The notes beneath the pieces are model-generated. The model was not told the DNA's origin. It was given only the letters and a program-made list of their open reading frames with translations, and did not search any database. A stretch of DNA of 64,000 nt from Octopus bimaculoides (taxonomy: Eukaryota). The stretch is from the NCBI RefSeq assembly GCF_001194135.2, contig NC_068984.1, positions 49,801,009-49,865,008 on the forward strand, read 5' to 3'. A program made the position numbers and the translations under genes. This document shows positions 14,106-28,025 of the stretch, piece by piece (position 1 is the stretch's first letter; each line of letters begins with the position of its first letter).

Positions 14106-15040
14106 TATAACTATTCAATAGATCACGCTGAGTATTCACTAATTAGTTTCAGTTTGGTGTTATTTTAATTCATTTGCACGTCTACAGTCTTAGAAAAATG
14201 AATCAACATCACAATCTCATTTTCTGTATTTATTATGTAACTGTAATGTAATGAGGTAGATCTGCAATATATGCCACGAGAAATAGCTCTTACTAAGTAA
14301 TTTTTAAACAGTATTAAATAAAGCAGGAAAATTACCACAAAATGAGCTTGTTGTTTAGACGCAGATCGAGCCATGTCTTCCAGCCAGGACTGTTTCATTT
14401 TTCTCTCGGCAATGTATTTAAGATATTATTGAATGTGTCCACTTTTGTTTTTTTGTAAGTAGACTGTAGAATATGATTCGAGGGAAATTTGGTTGCTATA
14501 TATTTTTCATATTGAGACGATCATGTAGAAACACGCTTTCTCTAGCTCATAAGTCAACATATAGTTGATACAACGTCGTCGTTCTTATCAAGAGCATACA
14601 AATAGTGTGAAACCAATCCATTTCATTACCGATATCTCCTATGGTTAATGTAGTAAGTTGCACTGACATACTGCCAAAACGTAAAGCGAATGAAGGGGCG
14701 ACTCATTTGTTGAAGTAATCGAATTGAAAGATAGGATCGTTCCAAAGATTATTCAGACAACCAACACTTGGAGGCGATAATATAATAGTAAGGTGTTAAA
14801 ATAAAAAAAACAAAAAAAATCAATAGTAACAAACAATTTATGCAGGAATATTCAATAGATTAAAAAGGTTAATTAACCAATCAATAAAATAGATATCATT
14901 GTCTAGACGTTGTAATAATTCTGTCGTGATAATTGGACACGAACATTTTGATATATACATACTGATTTACCTTCGTCTCCACGGACGCCTGATATAAATA
15001 TAGTTTAATAAAATTTGCATTTCATAGATTTGGTGTAATA

Positions 15041-15438
15041 TAGTGGCTGTGTGGTAAGAAGCTTGCTTACCAACCACATGGTTCCGGGTTCATTCCTAGT
15101 GCGTAGAACTTTGGGCAAGTGTCTTCTACCATAGCTTCAGGCCGACCAAAGCCTTGTGAGTGGATTTGGTAGACGGAAACTGAAAGAAGCCCGTTGTATA
15201 TATATGTATATATATATATATGTGTGTGTATATGTTTGTCCCCCCCCCAACATCGCTTGACAACCGATGGTGGTGTGTTTACGTCCTTGTAACTTAGCGG
15301 TTCGGCAAAAAAGACCGATAGAATAAGTACTAGGCATCCATCCAAAGAATAAGTCCTGGGGTCGATTTGCTCGACTAAAGGCGGTGCTCCAGCATGGCCA
15401 CAGTCAAATGACTGAAACAAGCAAAAGAGTAAAGAGAG
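15041..15438 (+). mobile_element. SINE family B, full length
   Basis: A-box-like TGGCTGTGTGG, B-box-like GGGTTCATTCC, CORE-like TTGGGCAAGTGTCTT, internal (TA)/(TG) tract, tail ...GCATGGCCACAGTCAAATGACTGAAACAAGCAAAAGAG. Confidence 0.92.
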
Positions 15439-15554
15439 TATTATAGCATATAATGGAATGAGATAGTATAGCGAGGAATTATATTGTAGAATACTGAAGC
15501 AGACAACAAAAAGAGCCAATGTCAAAGTACACAGTAGAGTACTTATCTAATATC

Positions 15555-15766
15555 TTTTCTACTGTAGGCACAAGGCCTGGATTTTGTGGAGAGGGGGCAG
15601 TCGATAACATCGACCCCGGTATGCAACTGGTACTTATTTTATCGACCCCGAAAGGATGAACGGCAGTGTCGACCTCGGCGGAATTTGAACTCAGAACGTT
15701 GCGACAGACGATGTACGGCTAAACATTTCGCCCGGCATGCTAACGATTCTGCCAGATTGCCGCCTT
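15555..15766 (-). mobile_element. SINE family C, best-preserved copy
   Basis: Minus strand AAGGCGGCAATCTGGCAGAATCGTTAGCATGCCGGGCG...GAGTTCAAATTCCGCCGAGGTCGAC...CATCCTTTCGGGGTCGATAAAATAAGTACCAG. Confidence 0.9.
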
Positions 15767-16077
15767 ATCTAATATACTGTAGAGTACCACAATAGTAAAG
15801 TGTAACCAGTCTTGTACATTAGCGAATTTTACGGAGGTTTTCCTGAATATAGTCGCGTTTCAATAATTAATGTTATCACTAAGTTATCCGAGTAAAGCAA
15901 GTCAGTCTAAAACCATTTCCTCTCACTTTTACAAATACTATTGAAGAAAATAGTAAAAGACACGTCAAACTCACTCACCTTATATTTAAAATGTCTGGGC
16001 TTCATGCTTTATATCAAAGACTTAAGTGTTTTTGGAGAGGTCAACCGAACATCTTTACCCAGTTTATTTTGAAGCTA

Positions 16078-16459
16078 TGTGGAGGCGCAATGGCCCAGTG
16101 GTTTGGGCAGCGGACTCACGGTCATAGGATCGCGGTTTCGATTCTCAGACCGGGCGTTGTGAGTGTTTATTGAGCGAAAACACCTAAAGCTCCACGAGGC
16201 TCCGGCAGGGGATGGTGGCGAACCCTGCTGTACTCTTTCACCACAACTTTCTCTCACTCTTATTTCCTGTTTCTGTTGTGCCTGTAATTCAAAGGGTCAT
16301 CCTTGTCACACTGTGTCACGCTGAATCTCCCCGAGAACTACGTTAAAGGTACACGTGTCTGTGGAGTACTCAGCCACTTGCACGTTAATTTCACGAGCAG
16401 GCTGTTCCGTTGATCTGATCAACTGGAACCCTCGTCGTCGTAACCGACGGAGTGCCAAC
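16078..16459 (+). mobile_element. tRNA-headed SINE family A, full length
   Basis: Pol III A box TGGCCCAGTGG and B box GGTTTCGATTC; body shared with 5 other copies; tail CCGACGGAGTGCCAAC; imperfect TSD tttg(a/t)agctat. Confidence 0.92.
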
Positions 16460-16839
16460 TTTGTAGCTATATTGGGAAAAATTTCATCTATTAAAACCCT
16501 ATTCGTGCCTGCACATCAAAGAAATTATTCTAAGCAAGAACTGCAGAGAAAGAAAAGAAGCCACGCTGCCCTTAAGTGCAACAAGCGATATTTTTCATCT
16601 TTCTGTTGGTAGAATTTATTGCACGAACAAAAAGACAGAACAAAAATAGGCGTTTTGGTTCTGAACGACCAACGATAGAATAGTTTTCTTTGGCTTAGGT
16701 AAACATAAAACACGAGATTCGTTATTGATTTCTATATATTTTTCTTTATTTCAAGATAAACACTTTTCTTTTTTGTTCAAACCGACTGTCTAGCAGTATT
16801 TTCTGATTCTTTGGCTAAGCTGCTTATCTTCGACCTAAC

Positions 16840-17080
16840 TCCCATCGCCTCCACCAATGACAACTATATCTGCCGTAGCAACAGACACAGTATCCATCAC
16901 TACTTCAGGCACCCCCATCATCATGTCCACGAGCATCGACTCCCAACCAGTCATCACACCACAACCACCACCATCAAACCACTATCATTATCACTACCAC
17001 CGCCAACACTTCTTAACCATCACAACCACCTTCACAACCACCGTCATTATCATCATCATCACATCACAATCACCACCATG
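16840..17080 (+). repeat. Degenerate (CAC/CAT/CAA)n triplet tract
   Basis: Gives His/Thr-rich ORFs in two frames with no domain similarity. Confidence 0.75.
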
Positions 17081-18594
17081 GTTAGTTATTCCGTTGCTTA
17101 CATCAGAATATAAACACGCAGTAGGATAAATAGATATTTGATAAACAACATTGTTTACAACATGGCTTTGAGGACAAGTGAGTACATTTTATCGTTTATC
17201 ATGCGTGACGAAATAACTGAACTGGTCATTCTTCAGCAGTAGTTCTAATCCCTAATATATTTAGGAATTTCTAAACAGGGACAATACTCTCAAACCAACG
17301 AACTAAAAAACAACTCTGTACTTCAGCTCATATTTCTTTTTAGATTTTAATATTCTGATGATTAGTGTATTGCTAATTTCTATTTGAAATGTAAGAAATG
17401 CTGCTCGGTTTCGTTTTAATTTGTTTCTTTTCTTTTCTTTTTTTAACTCCGTAGAGGTAGAACTGGTCCAAATGAAGGATAAGAAAGTGTCGTGAAAAGT
17501 CGAAGATTCAAATAGTGTACATAAGGAATGATCTCTTACATTTGTACAAATTCAGAAATCTTGGGAACAGAAAGCAGATTTACTCAAATTTTATTTTAAC
17601 AACCCCAAGAGGAAAGGAAAAGTCGACTTCATTAGGGTTTTGAAGCATTCCAGTACAAGTTGTATAACTTGTCTGCAAGTAAATACTGCATGTAGATATG
17701 ATGTGTGCTTGTGTGTGTATGTGTGTATAGCGGGTGAAAGTTGCTGTATTGAACCTTTTATCTTTACATCATCATGGATGATATAATAGTGTTCTTCGTC
17801 ATACCTCTTCTCTAAGATAGATGAATAGCTACTATTCATTCTAGAATTTATTTTGGCTAGATCGCAAGTGATAAAAAAAAAATGGTGAATCTCTTATAAC
17901 TTTAAGTCAGTCCCGCTCAGATAGATTTATATCAATAGATTTTAAATTGGGCTTTGCTTATCCCCTTCGGGGTGTTGTGATCTTACAAAGTGGCGGAAAA
18001 TTTCAAAGTGCTATGAGGGATATTCAATGTTGAGAGGGCTCCTGATTTTTCTTAAAGCTAAAATATGTAAACTAGATTTTAAGCAAATTAAGCAAATTAA
18101 CAAAGATTGATTAGAATACGAGTATGCACTTGTATTATCAGTGAGCGAAACATGACTGATAAATTTTGCATAAAATTAGTTTATGCTTGATAAATATATA
18201 TTTTATTATTGTAAAACACCTTTGTGTGAAAAGGAGCACTGAGCTGCAATTGGCTGAGAATCACTAAGCCAGCTTAACGTTACTTAGTAAAAATATAAGC
18301 AAATGCATTTCAGTCGTAACACTTTTTATTTTTATTTTCCTGCAGAATATATATGAAACTGCCTTATCCAATGTCTGGCCTTTAAGACACAAAGGTATGA
18401 CGCGAGGAAAATTAGGTTCTTATTTCTAGCAGGTCAAGCGACCATGTAGAGTCTTTCAAAAAGATGTAAATGAGAGATTCTTTTCTCTTATATGATCACA
18501 TCTAATAAACGAATGGAGCCTCAATTAAATGTACAGAGTAAAATAGTTACCCTTACGGAGCAGAAATAGATTAAAATAAAATTCCGAACGAGGA

Positions 18595-18795
18595 AGTGTC
18601 CCAGGTGGTCTCGTGACTTACTAGAAATAGTAGTCAGATATATGAAACCAAATATTACAATCTTTAAAAAAGCGGAAATATCGGACAACGTTAATTCTAA
18701 ATACACTATATCTGAAAAAAAGTATTCGGATAGGTTACGGCTATGGCATATTTAATCATAGGTCTGCTAGATCAGGGCAGACTTTGGGGATTAAT
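18595..18795 (+). repeat. Old dispersed repeat family D, near-complete copy
   Basis: gacttactagaaatagtagtc...taatcataggtctgctagatcagggcagactttgggg; the same motifs recur in both orientations at many sites. Confidence 0.6.
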
Positions 18796-20069
18796 ATTAA
18801 CTGTGCAAAGTATTTACGTTGAAGGCACAAGTAACTATCCTAAGCAAGGCAAATAACACTCCGAAAACTTTAATAAAGGATATACATTGGATAGTGTCTG
18901 AATAAAATACAGGACGGTTACAGCAACAGCTTTGGGGAAAGGTCTACTCGATCGCTATCTAAACAACAGTACTTTAACTTAGCTAGTGATTTTCATAGAG
19001 AAAAGCAGGACCCCTTGGAGAATGGCTAAGAAGATTTTAAAATAAAGGAGGGTGGGGACAGACAAATTGATGGTCTTATTTTAAAACTTATCGGACATCT
19101 TGGTGAGGAAAGAATTATATGTGCACAGACTATTTTGTACCGAAAATTTCTCTTTTATCATTTTTATCTTGTGTAGGTTTGCGCTAGGCTGAAGACTAAT
19201 GAATTTAATAATGGGGGACATAATGAAGAAGTAGTAAATTATGCTCCTAATTCAATTCAGGTCATTAGTAATAACAAATTATTTCGAGATTTGTGACTGG
19301 TTTATTGAGTCGCTTAATAATTGTGACAATTTTCCTTTGCTGTCCTAATAATGATTTTAAACACACTGTTTGTACTGGACAGTTGCTGCTACTTATTACA
19401 AATGGATCTAAAAGGAAAAGTTGAATCCACTGGGGTTAGGATACAGAAAGGGAAGATTGATCTAGTACATAGAAATAAAGTGAGATTAGAGGCTTTATAA
19501 TATTCTAATGATTTTTCTTGACTAAAGACATGGCCAGTTTTATATAGTTGCAAACGTATTTGACACATCGCAGCATATTGCTAGAATTTATTTAAATGAA
19601 CTTTTATGTAGGGAGCGCTTTGTGGGACGTAATTAAATATTACAAGCCATTTAATCTGACGATGCAGCGTTTCTGCCAAATCCATCCAGCAATAAGACTA
19701 CAATTGCGTGACTATAGCAACAATAAATATGAATGGTGAAATGGGAATGGCAATCTATATCAGAAAATAAACGTGTGGATATTACAAATTGGAAGTAACA
19801 ACAATTGAATCTAAGTGAAAAGGAAGAGAAAATTCCATTATGGAAGACAGGAAATAGCTCTTGCAACAAGAAAGAACATCGTAGGGAGTGAGCATGATAA
19901 TTTTTACTGATTGGCCTAAATTTGTGATGTCAATATTATTATGGACCAATGAAAAGAAAATCAGTGATAGTGACTCATAGGAAAACTTTCCCCTGCAGCT
20001 AACAAACGAGATGACAATTGAGAAATCCCTTATCTGTAATTCAGATGCGGTATATTCATTGTAGCTTAC

Positions 20070-20117
20070 CTCTCTCCAGAACTCCCTTGGGGAAGGGATG
20101 TTTTTGTTCGTTCAGAA
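20070..20117 (-). other. Candidate 48-nt cassette exon in the SLCO intron
   Basis: About 40 nt almost pure pyrimidine tract ending ctcactcag|, then a 48-nt exon and donor GAG|GTAAGC. No homology recognised. Confidence 0.3.
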
Positions 20118-20996
20118 CTGAGTGAGAGAGATGGTGGAAGAAGGGGAAAAAAAACAAGGAATAAGGTAATGTAACAAACTAAAATAATAATGCTGTTATT
20201 ACCGGGCTCAATTTAGTGTTAAAGTTGAATGAGCCAATTAAATAAGTCTTATACAAGAGCAAAATAAAAAGTAAATAAAATAAAATACATCACTTGTCAC
20301 ACTGGCGATGTTATATGAACAATAAAATGTACTGTAATTGTTGTATTCAGCAAAAAAGAATTACTATAGAAATGAATCGTTATTTATGCATGATGTAATT
20401 TTATTATGTATTGACGACGCAAATTACACAAGGGATGTCAAATTAAGTGACCATAATATTGTTGCATTCATGCATTTTTAATTTGAAATGACGACACAAA
20501 TGGATAACAGATTTATTTAGTCTTTCTCTCCAACTATACTTGCTAGTAAGTCGCATAGTATCTTACTGAGAGAACATTGTAGTAATGATTTCACAAAAAA
20601 GGAATGTCAATGCTTTTATTTTTACAACCCTGATGTATTTGGATATCAGAATACGTGTTCAAACTGTATTTTAAAAAAAAATTGTTCAGATTTCCTCTTT
20701 GTTATTATATAACAGAGTGGAGACAATTCGCAGCGATTCATGTAAAACAAGTATATTTTAATACTTTACGATCTATTTGGCAATCAATGCTATTCTATTA
20801 TTAAATCAAAATAGTTGAAAGTAGACTTTGTACATCTCGATTGTAAACGAGGACACGAACACATTGGAAATAAATGGAAATAAATATAAAACGGATGCTG
20901 GTTTTATTGAAATACAATTTCAAAGAATAGAGTAGTGGTTTAACTTTTTACACATACGTATCACAATTTATATCATCAAACAAGTTATATATATGT

Positions 20997-20998
<2 letters not shown>

Positions 20999-21070
<72 letters not shown>
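20999..21070 (+). repeat. (AC)36 microsatellite
   Basis: Direct reading. Confidence 0.97.
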
Positions 21071-21073
<3 letters not shown>

Positions 21074-22999
21074 AATGGAACTACAAAGGGACTGCAAATT
21101 TAAATATACCGAGTGAACAGAGCTCCTAAATAGATATATCTCCGGCAGAAGTCAATTTGTGTTTCACCCTGCAAAAACTCACTTTAAACATTTTATCTAC
21201 TATTTAAACTTCAGTGCCTGATAACGTATTCCTGTTTCACATTAATACATTAATTGTATTAGCCTCAAACAATTACCACTCTCCACAGATATTTGTTAAG
21301 GGGCTGAAAAGACTATGAGAATTGCCATTCTTTTCAACTGTTCTTGGCAATTAGTTGTAGCTTTTTCGTTTACTATCAGAGGGCATAACTCCTTACAGTT
21401 CCGAGGTGCTATTTTAAAATTATAGCAATCTGATATCTCTTGAATGGATCATATTAGTTAACAGACACTTCGAAGTGGTCAGTACTACATCAGTTTAAAA
21501 TCAGCTACATACATGTGTTTTCAGAGAAATAACAGGTATAAAAATCTTCTTGGTATGCACTCCTTGGTAAGAACTGAAATATGTCGAGAAAAAAATATAT
21601 AGAAATAAACTCTTCCCATGCCAGTCTTTTGTTTCAATAAAAATAACTGCTAAAATATATATGCATGCACTATATATTTCCCAACAATCAACTAAGCGTT
21701 TTTTTCCTATCACAATCCGATTAGCACTGGATTTCCACTAATTACCTAATTATATACTTTCAAATATATTAAATAAGCCTCTAAAAAAACATTCACTAGT
21801 CGAAACCATGTCAAAGTGATTGTGATTAACATGCTTAACAAGAAAAGTTAGCAATCGTTTGGGAAAAACTTTGCTCTTTATTTGGTTGTTAATCGAAAGC
21901 ATTCAGATTTCTTTCTGGGGATTTTTGAGACAGAGAGAGAGACAGACAGACAGAGAAAGAGGAGAGTTCTGGGTTTAAGCTAAAGCTTCAATCGTCGTTC
22001 TCATTAGTTAACCGTAATACGTCCTTTCAGTCATCTCAAAAGAGTGAGTTTGAGGCCATAAAGCAAATAGTTTAGCCAACTATTTTGTTAAGTGCGTATG
22101 AAAAGAAAAATAAAAGCAAGAAAATGAACCAAACCACCTAACCAAATGGTTCAACTGATTCTTTCACCATCTCTTGTAAAATAAACAAGATTTATGATAT
22201 GATTGATTTCATCCACAGAAGTGCCTGATAACTTTGAACAGTTTGATTTTAATAGTGATATATAGGGTGAGAATTGTGGAGAGGGGAGATCAAGACGAGC
22301 AAATGCTTGAATGAGAGTGATATCTCGAGAACGCAGTGAAGCATATAAAGTACAAGCAACTTCAATAGCAAGTTCTATTTCTATGTTTCTTCCGTGAGAA
22401 GTATTTTATAAATTCTGATAAACTATTTCAACAATAAATGTTGCCGTATTCCTAATTCATTGTACAACATTTCTGAAACTATAATTTAGGTTTAATTCCG
22501 GTTTTGAACTGATTATATACTCCCTTTCTTATCTGAGAGTTTGATGTATTCGACTCTGACAATTGTGGTTTGAGTCAAGAATAGAGTCTCCTCGTGACCA
22601 CCATATATGGAAGAAATGGCAACCGAAACTCCTAAGGAAGCCCTATTGTTCTTTAGAAAGGAAAAAGGCCTAGTTATGTACTTCAAGTAGTGGTCACAAT
22701 TGTCTGCTTGGTCAGAGTCTACCTGGTGTTAAACAACAAACGCCTACTGATTTCTCTTGCAAATTGGGCTAAACTTACTTTATACGAGACAGATTATACC
22801 AAAGATTAAAACCACTCTCCGAATATTTGGGAATTGAATCGGTGGGTGTCGAGATCTAGGTTACAACATCAGTTATATTGAGTGAGAATTTTGCTTATGT
22901 GAAGTTCAACACGTTTTCTTTCCCGACAGTAAAGAAGAATACATTGAAGTGGAAAGTTTCAACACTCAAACAGACGTTAATCAAAGTTCCAGACAAATA

Positions 23000-23132
23000 T
23001 TCTTTTCTACTCTAGGCACAAGACTCAAAATTTTTCGGGAGGGGGACCAGTCGATTAGATTGACTCCAGTACACCACTGGTATTTAATTTATCGACTCCG
23101 AAAGGATGGAAGGCAAAGTCGAGCTCGGCGGT
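23000..23132 (-). mobile_element. SINE family C, head-truncated
   Basis: Core and tail motifs as in the 15555 copy. Confidence 0.8.
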
Positions 23133-26100
23133 TTCCAGACAAATATTACCAAAAAAAAAAAACTGGTGCTATAAAGCAGAAAATAATGAAACCGATGAAG
23201 ATTTCATCTAAAAAGATTACACACATACGACATACGTACACACAAACTGTGACCGGGCATGTGCGTGCATGCGTGCGTGTGTACGTGCCAGCGAGCAGGT
23301 GTCGGTCTCTTGTGTTCAGCGTGTGTGTGTATGTGTTAGTATGCGTCGTCTTTGTGCGTGTGAGCCTTTTGTTCAATGTTTGCGAGCATGCGCGTGTGCA
23401 TCTGTGTTGTTCAGAGAGTGCGATCGCGAATGTGTGTGCGTTTGATTAAATAAAGAATAACGTTATACTCAATTTTTATAGCAGAATACAAAATGAAAAA
23501 TCAACTTTAGGCTAAGCATACACTAAATTGAGTGAGACAAAAAAAAAAAAAAGAAAAAGAGTGAGTGAAACTACATACTCAATCTAGAAAAAGGAGGAAG
23601 TGAACCAAAATTCCCGATTTAGAAGTGAGCGAATGAGAATGTGTCTGACTATATCCTTATGTTGGTAAAAAACTATGTATGTACAATCTAAAACTGTGTG
23701 TGTGTGAACGACCACACACTAACTTCAGAAAAATACAATGTGTGTGTGTTCTTATCATTAAAAACGCTTGATTACGTTTGAGATGACCGAATTTGAAAAT
23801 TATTTACACAGAAGAGATTATCAATTTCTTCAGAGTAGGTTGGTCAGGCTGACCGTCACTTAAGCAGGGAGCGAATAAGCATTGTAGCATTTCCAGCAGA
23901 CACACTTTAGAATTGGGTATTACATGGAATCTACAGCAAACAGAAGCAGTCTAGTGATGTAACTTGAACATTATCTGACTTCCAATTCCTCTCTACAAGA
24001 AGTATTTTTGTGTATATTTATCTATTTTTTCCTCTGCTATTTGACGATTTTCGTTTTGCAGTAAACAAGACGATGATTATGATTACGATGACAAATCTAA
24101 ATACTGATGGCAAATCCCCGAAGATAAATACTTTCTGTATCGAAAATCTATAATTATTAACTTACAAGATATTTATCTGCATAGTAATTCTGTACTTTAG
24201 ATAACTTACAATGCAGTCGTGTGTGCATGTGTTCGCGTGTGCGTGGGCTACGCTTTGTAGTATAGTTTGATATTTTGTAGGAATAGGAAAATATATCAGC
24301 CACGTTGCATTTTCAGTTGAAACTATTCACGCCTGTGATGCTTTAGGCAATTACAAGAATGATATAATCTGTAGACAATGTCTGTTCAAAATCTTAGACG
24401 TAATATCTATGTAAAAATACATTGTAGTTGTTTAGTCACAGATAAGTTCTGATCGAATAGAATGATAGAAAAAACGTATTGCAGCTATGAGCATCTCATC
24501 TTAATTCTTACTCAGCCTACACAGATCAACGTTCATGTTATCAGTAATGTAGAGTTTGAATCAATGAAAATTTAGCTTTAATTTCTAGCAAATGTAATAT
24601 ATATTAGGAGAGAGAGACAGGGTAGTTGGTAGAATATAACATTGTTATTCTGACAGTCGAATTCAGATATCCGAAGTTCGTGTCGAAAAGTTCTAAGTTT
24701 TATATGGGGCAATTGATTCTAACTACTCTTTACATATTAATTATGAATTTCCAGTCCCCAATATTGAAAGTTGATTGTTTTTCTTCCCTTATACGTAAAC
24801 TAAGAAATGGAGCGACCACTTCAAACAGTTTAGAATCTATTAAAGTTTAGTAACACCAAAAATTATGCAACTTTACTCGAAAATTAACTTTTGTTTATTT
24901 ATCACACACGTACACACACGTGTCATATACACACACGTAGTCATATACTGTATCAACAATTTGACTGTGGCAAAGACGTTTGTTTACGGATTACATTAAT
25001 TTTAATACGGAATTTTCACTACGAGATTATTTTACTGCAAGACTATATACGTGTTTTCATGTGAATAATTCATTTAATGAATCTATTCATGACTTTTGAC
25101 CTGTTTTTAAATAGTAATTTTTTCTTTCTGTTTTAGAGGGGAAAGTAGCATTAATGGCATTATTCAGTGTTTCAAGACTAGAGGGAGGAAAATATTCTCA
25201 GAACGGAGAAGTGGCCGGAATGCTTACATGGTCCAGATGATGCTGGTACAAATAACAGATAAGGTCCCTACGATGAACTTCTACACTGTTTCCATGTACC
25301 AAATTTCAGTCATGTAGTTTTGCTTGACCCAACACCATGATAGATATTTTCCCAACGTGCTAAGCAATGAGATCGAACCTGAAACTATGTAATTGCTAAG
25401 CAAACTTCTTTCTTAATCACATAGCAATATTTGAACGCAATTGTCAGCTCCTCATTTCCAGCAAAAAAAGTGTAGTAATTAACTTGACATTTTACGTTAC
25501 ATCTGAGGTGATGTTAAATCCAATTCGAAACCGCAACCACCAGGACGCCGAACGCGAATGAATTAACCCACAAGTTATGTGACGTTATAGGACAGAGGCC
25601 GGGGAGCTGAAAAAGACGCATGTTATATAAAATTATAAACCAGTAAGAGAGAAAGCTGTCTCCATTGGTGATTTGCTCGAAGCTAGAAATATGTCAAGAA
25701 CATTCCTCAATTCAAAAAGAACATTAACCAGGCCAGTCTTAATGGGGCCATAAAGAAGTGGGGTAACTATTGAATCACAAGAACTCTGCTCTCTTTCATT
25801 GAGACAACTCATAAAAATTGTTAAGTAGACAATATTTCTGTTCAAATCCCAATGGTCCTTTTGCAATATTAAATAGTATCTAATAGGGCCATAAAAATAA
25901 TTCTTTGGAATATCCAGTCAACTAATTTATTCTACGAAACGCACACTTCAATGAAGCATCGCCCGTTAAAACAATTTTCATTTTTATTCTTCCGTTCTTT
26001 ATTCATTTTCATAAATTCTACTTGTGCTTCGATGCGTTGAAGGAAGAAAATGCTTTTCTTTATTTACTTCTTAAAACTTTAAATGCCCGTGGAGGAGAAT

Positions 26101-26425
26101 CATCATCTACCCTTCATCGTTTTTATTTTATCTTATTTTTATATCATCCATTATCATCTTAGTCTGTCTCAGACTTTGAAATCTTACATTCTGGTATTAT
26201 ATGCCCAATGGGTGAAATGGCTTACAACTATGTCAGTTGTCTAAATCATTTGATCCTGTTCTTTTGCATATTAGCATTGAGTCAAACAATCTTTCACATA
26301 TTCTTTTAATCATTCCTGAAGCTCATGTGCATTTTACGAGAATGGGTTGCTAGGTCCATAGTCAACTAACCTAGTAGAAAGCCAATCCTATTTCAGCACT
26401 TTTCTTTCAAACCAACGAAATATAT

Positions 26426-26805
26426 ACTCTTTTACTTGTTTCAGTCATTTTACTGTGATCATGCTGGAGCACCGTCTTTAGTCGAGCAAATCGAACTCAG
26501 AACTTATTCTTTGTAAGTCTAGTACTTATTCTATCGGTTTCTTTTGCCGAATCGCTAAGTTACGGGGACGTAAACACAACAGCATCGGTTGTCAAGCGAT
26601 GTTGGGAGGACAAACACAGACACACAAACATATATACACACACACACATACGACGGGATTCTTTCAGTTTCCGTCTACGAAATCCAATCACAAGGCTTTG
26701 GTCGGCCCGAGGCTATAGTAGAAGACACTTGCCAAAGGTGCTACGCAGTGGAACTGAACCCGGGACCATGTGGTTCGTAACTAAGCTACTTACTACACAG
26801 CCACT
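26426..26805 (-). mobile_element. SINE family B, full length
   Basis: Reverse complement of the family B sequence along its whole length. Confidence 0.92.
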
Positions 26806-27884
26806 CAAATTTTATTTCACTGTCGATGGTTAGAATTGGAATTATCCCACCAAAATACACCTAACGGGTAAGTTAAGGTCGTTGACATTAAGTTTCTTGA
26901 TCATAGGAAGCTATGCAAAATGATTCACAACAGATCTTGATAAAGCATTTAATTATTAATGTCAATGGAAACGTGTTCATGACTTTAGAGTTAATTTCTG
27001 TTAATAAAGTTTCAAGAAATAAGTTATTAAAAATATATTCTTAAAGGAGTCATTTCGTATTAAATTTTAATAAAGACTGAAAAGAGTAATTTTAAAAAAT
27101 AATGCCTCTTTTTTTTATACGTGGAATATCCTTTTTTTAAAAGGCCCTGATTGTTGGTATAACACCACCACATGACCATTCGGTTTCATTACTAGAGTTC
27201 ATACATACAGTGGCAAACTTTCAGACTAGTTTTCAAACAGAGAATAAATTATCTCGATACGTTGTTTCCTATGTCAGAAATTTTTGGTTTCTTCCCTACT
27301 TTCCCCCTACACAAGACTGAGGTCCTGACAAAAATAATAATGGGCGCTGCACTTATTCCCACTACCCCAAGTAAAAATTGGAATAATTATAATGTATGTT
27401 GATTCCCAATATATCAAAAGTCTTTACTTGACAACTCCTGTAGGATTTGAACTGAGAACATTCACCGAATTTTATTTGTCAGTACTATCACTGATTTTTA
27501 ATACACGATACAATTAATGTAATCAATATGAGGACAGAAAGCATAATTAAAAAGATCAAAGTAAACAATTACAAGGAAAAATCGAAAAGTATCTGACCGT
27601 GCCAGAGTTTTAAAAAGCTGCTCAAGAGATCAAGAGACATCGTAAATGAGACCCAGAAACTAGAGTTACACAAAACATTTCCTCTATTGCATTTTGCATT
27701 CCTTCCTTTCATTATTGAGGATCTCCACTCGCAGATCCTTAATAATGAAAAGATATGTCATCATTATAGCTTGCAAAAAATCAGTTATGAACAATCTCCA
27801 ATGTAATTGTAAATGATATAACAATTATCTGTTATTCATAACAGTATGTACAATTGATATAATACGCAGAGAGACACAATCAAT

Positions 27885-28025
27885 TACATCACCTCGGTAT
27901 TTGACTAATTCTTGTTTTATTGACCCTGGAAGTATGAAAGTTAAAAATCTATCTCTACTGAATTTGGACTAAAACTTTAAAGAAACGTAGCTAAATACGA
28001 CCAAGCATTTTGTCCGGCAGTATTG
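27885..28025 (-). mobile_element. SINE family C, diverged
   Basis: ttttattgaccctggaagtatgaaag...gaatttggactaaaac...aagcattttgtccggc. Confidence 0.65.

Noticed and set aside
16078-16160. tRNA-like sequences with A and B boxes (also near 38640, 48425, 52303, 60491)
   Set aside because: They are SINE heads continuous with repeat bodies and TSDs; no complete acceptor stem, so not tRNA genes.
18551-18711. Open minus-strand segment with AG/GT borders (..LSDISAFLKIVIFGFIY..)
   Set aside because: Lies on the antisense strand of a family D repeat copy; no real match to the SYDIA...YFGG exon; wrong phase.
25633-25866. ORF with LNEREQSSCDSIV reminiscent of a PIF1/Helitron helicase start
   Set aside because: No Walker A or other helicase motif follows; similarity too short.
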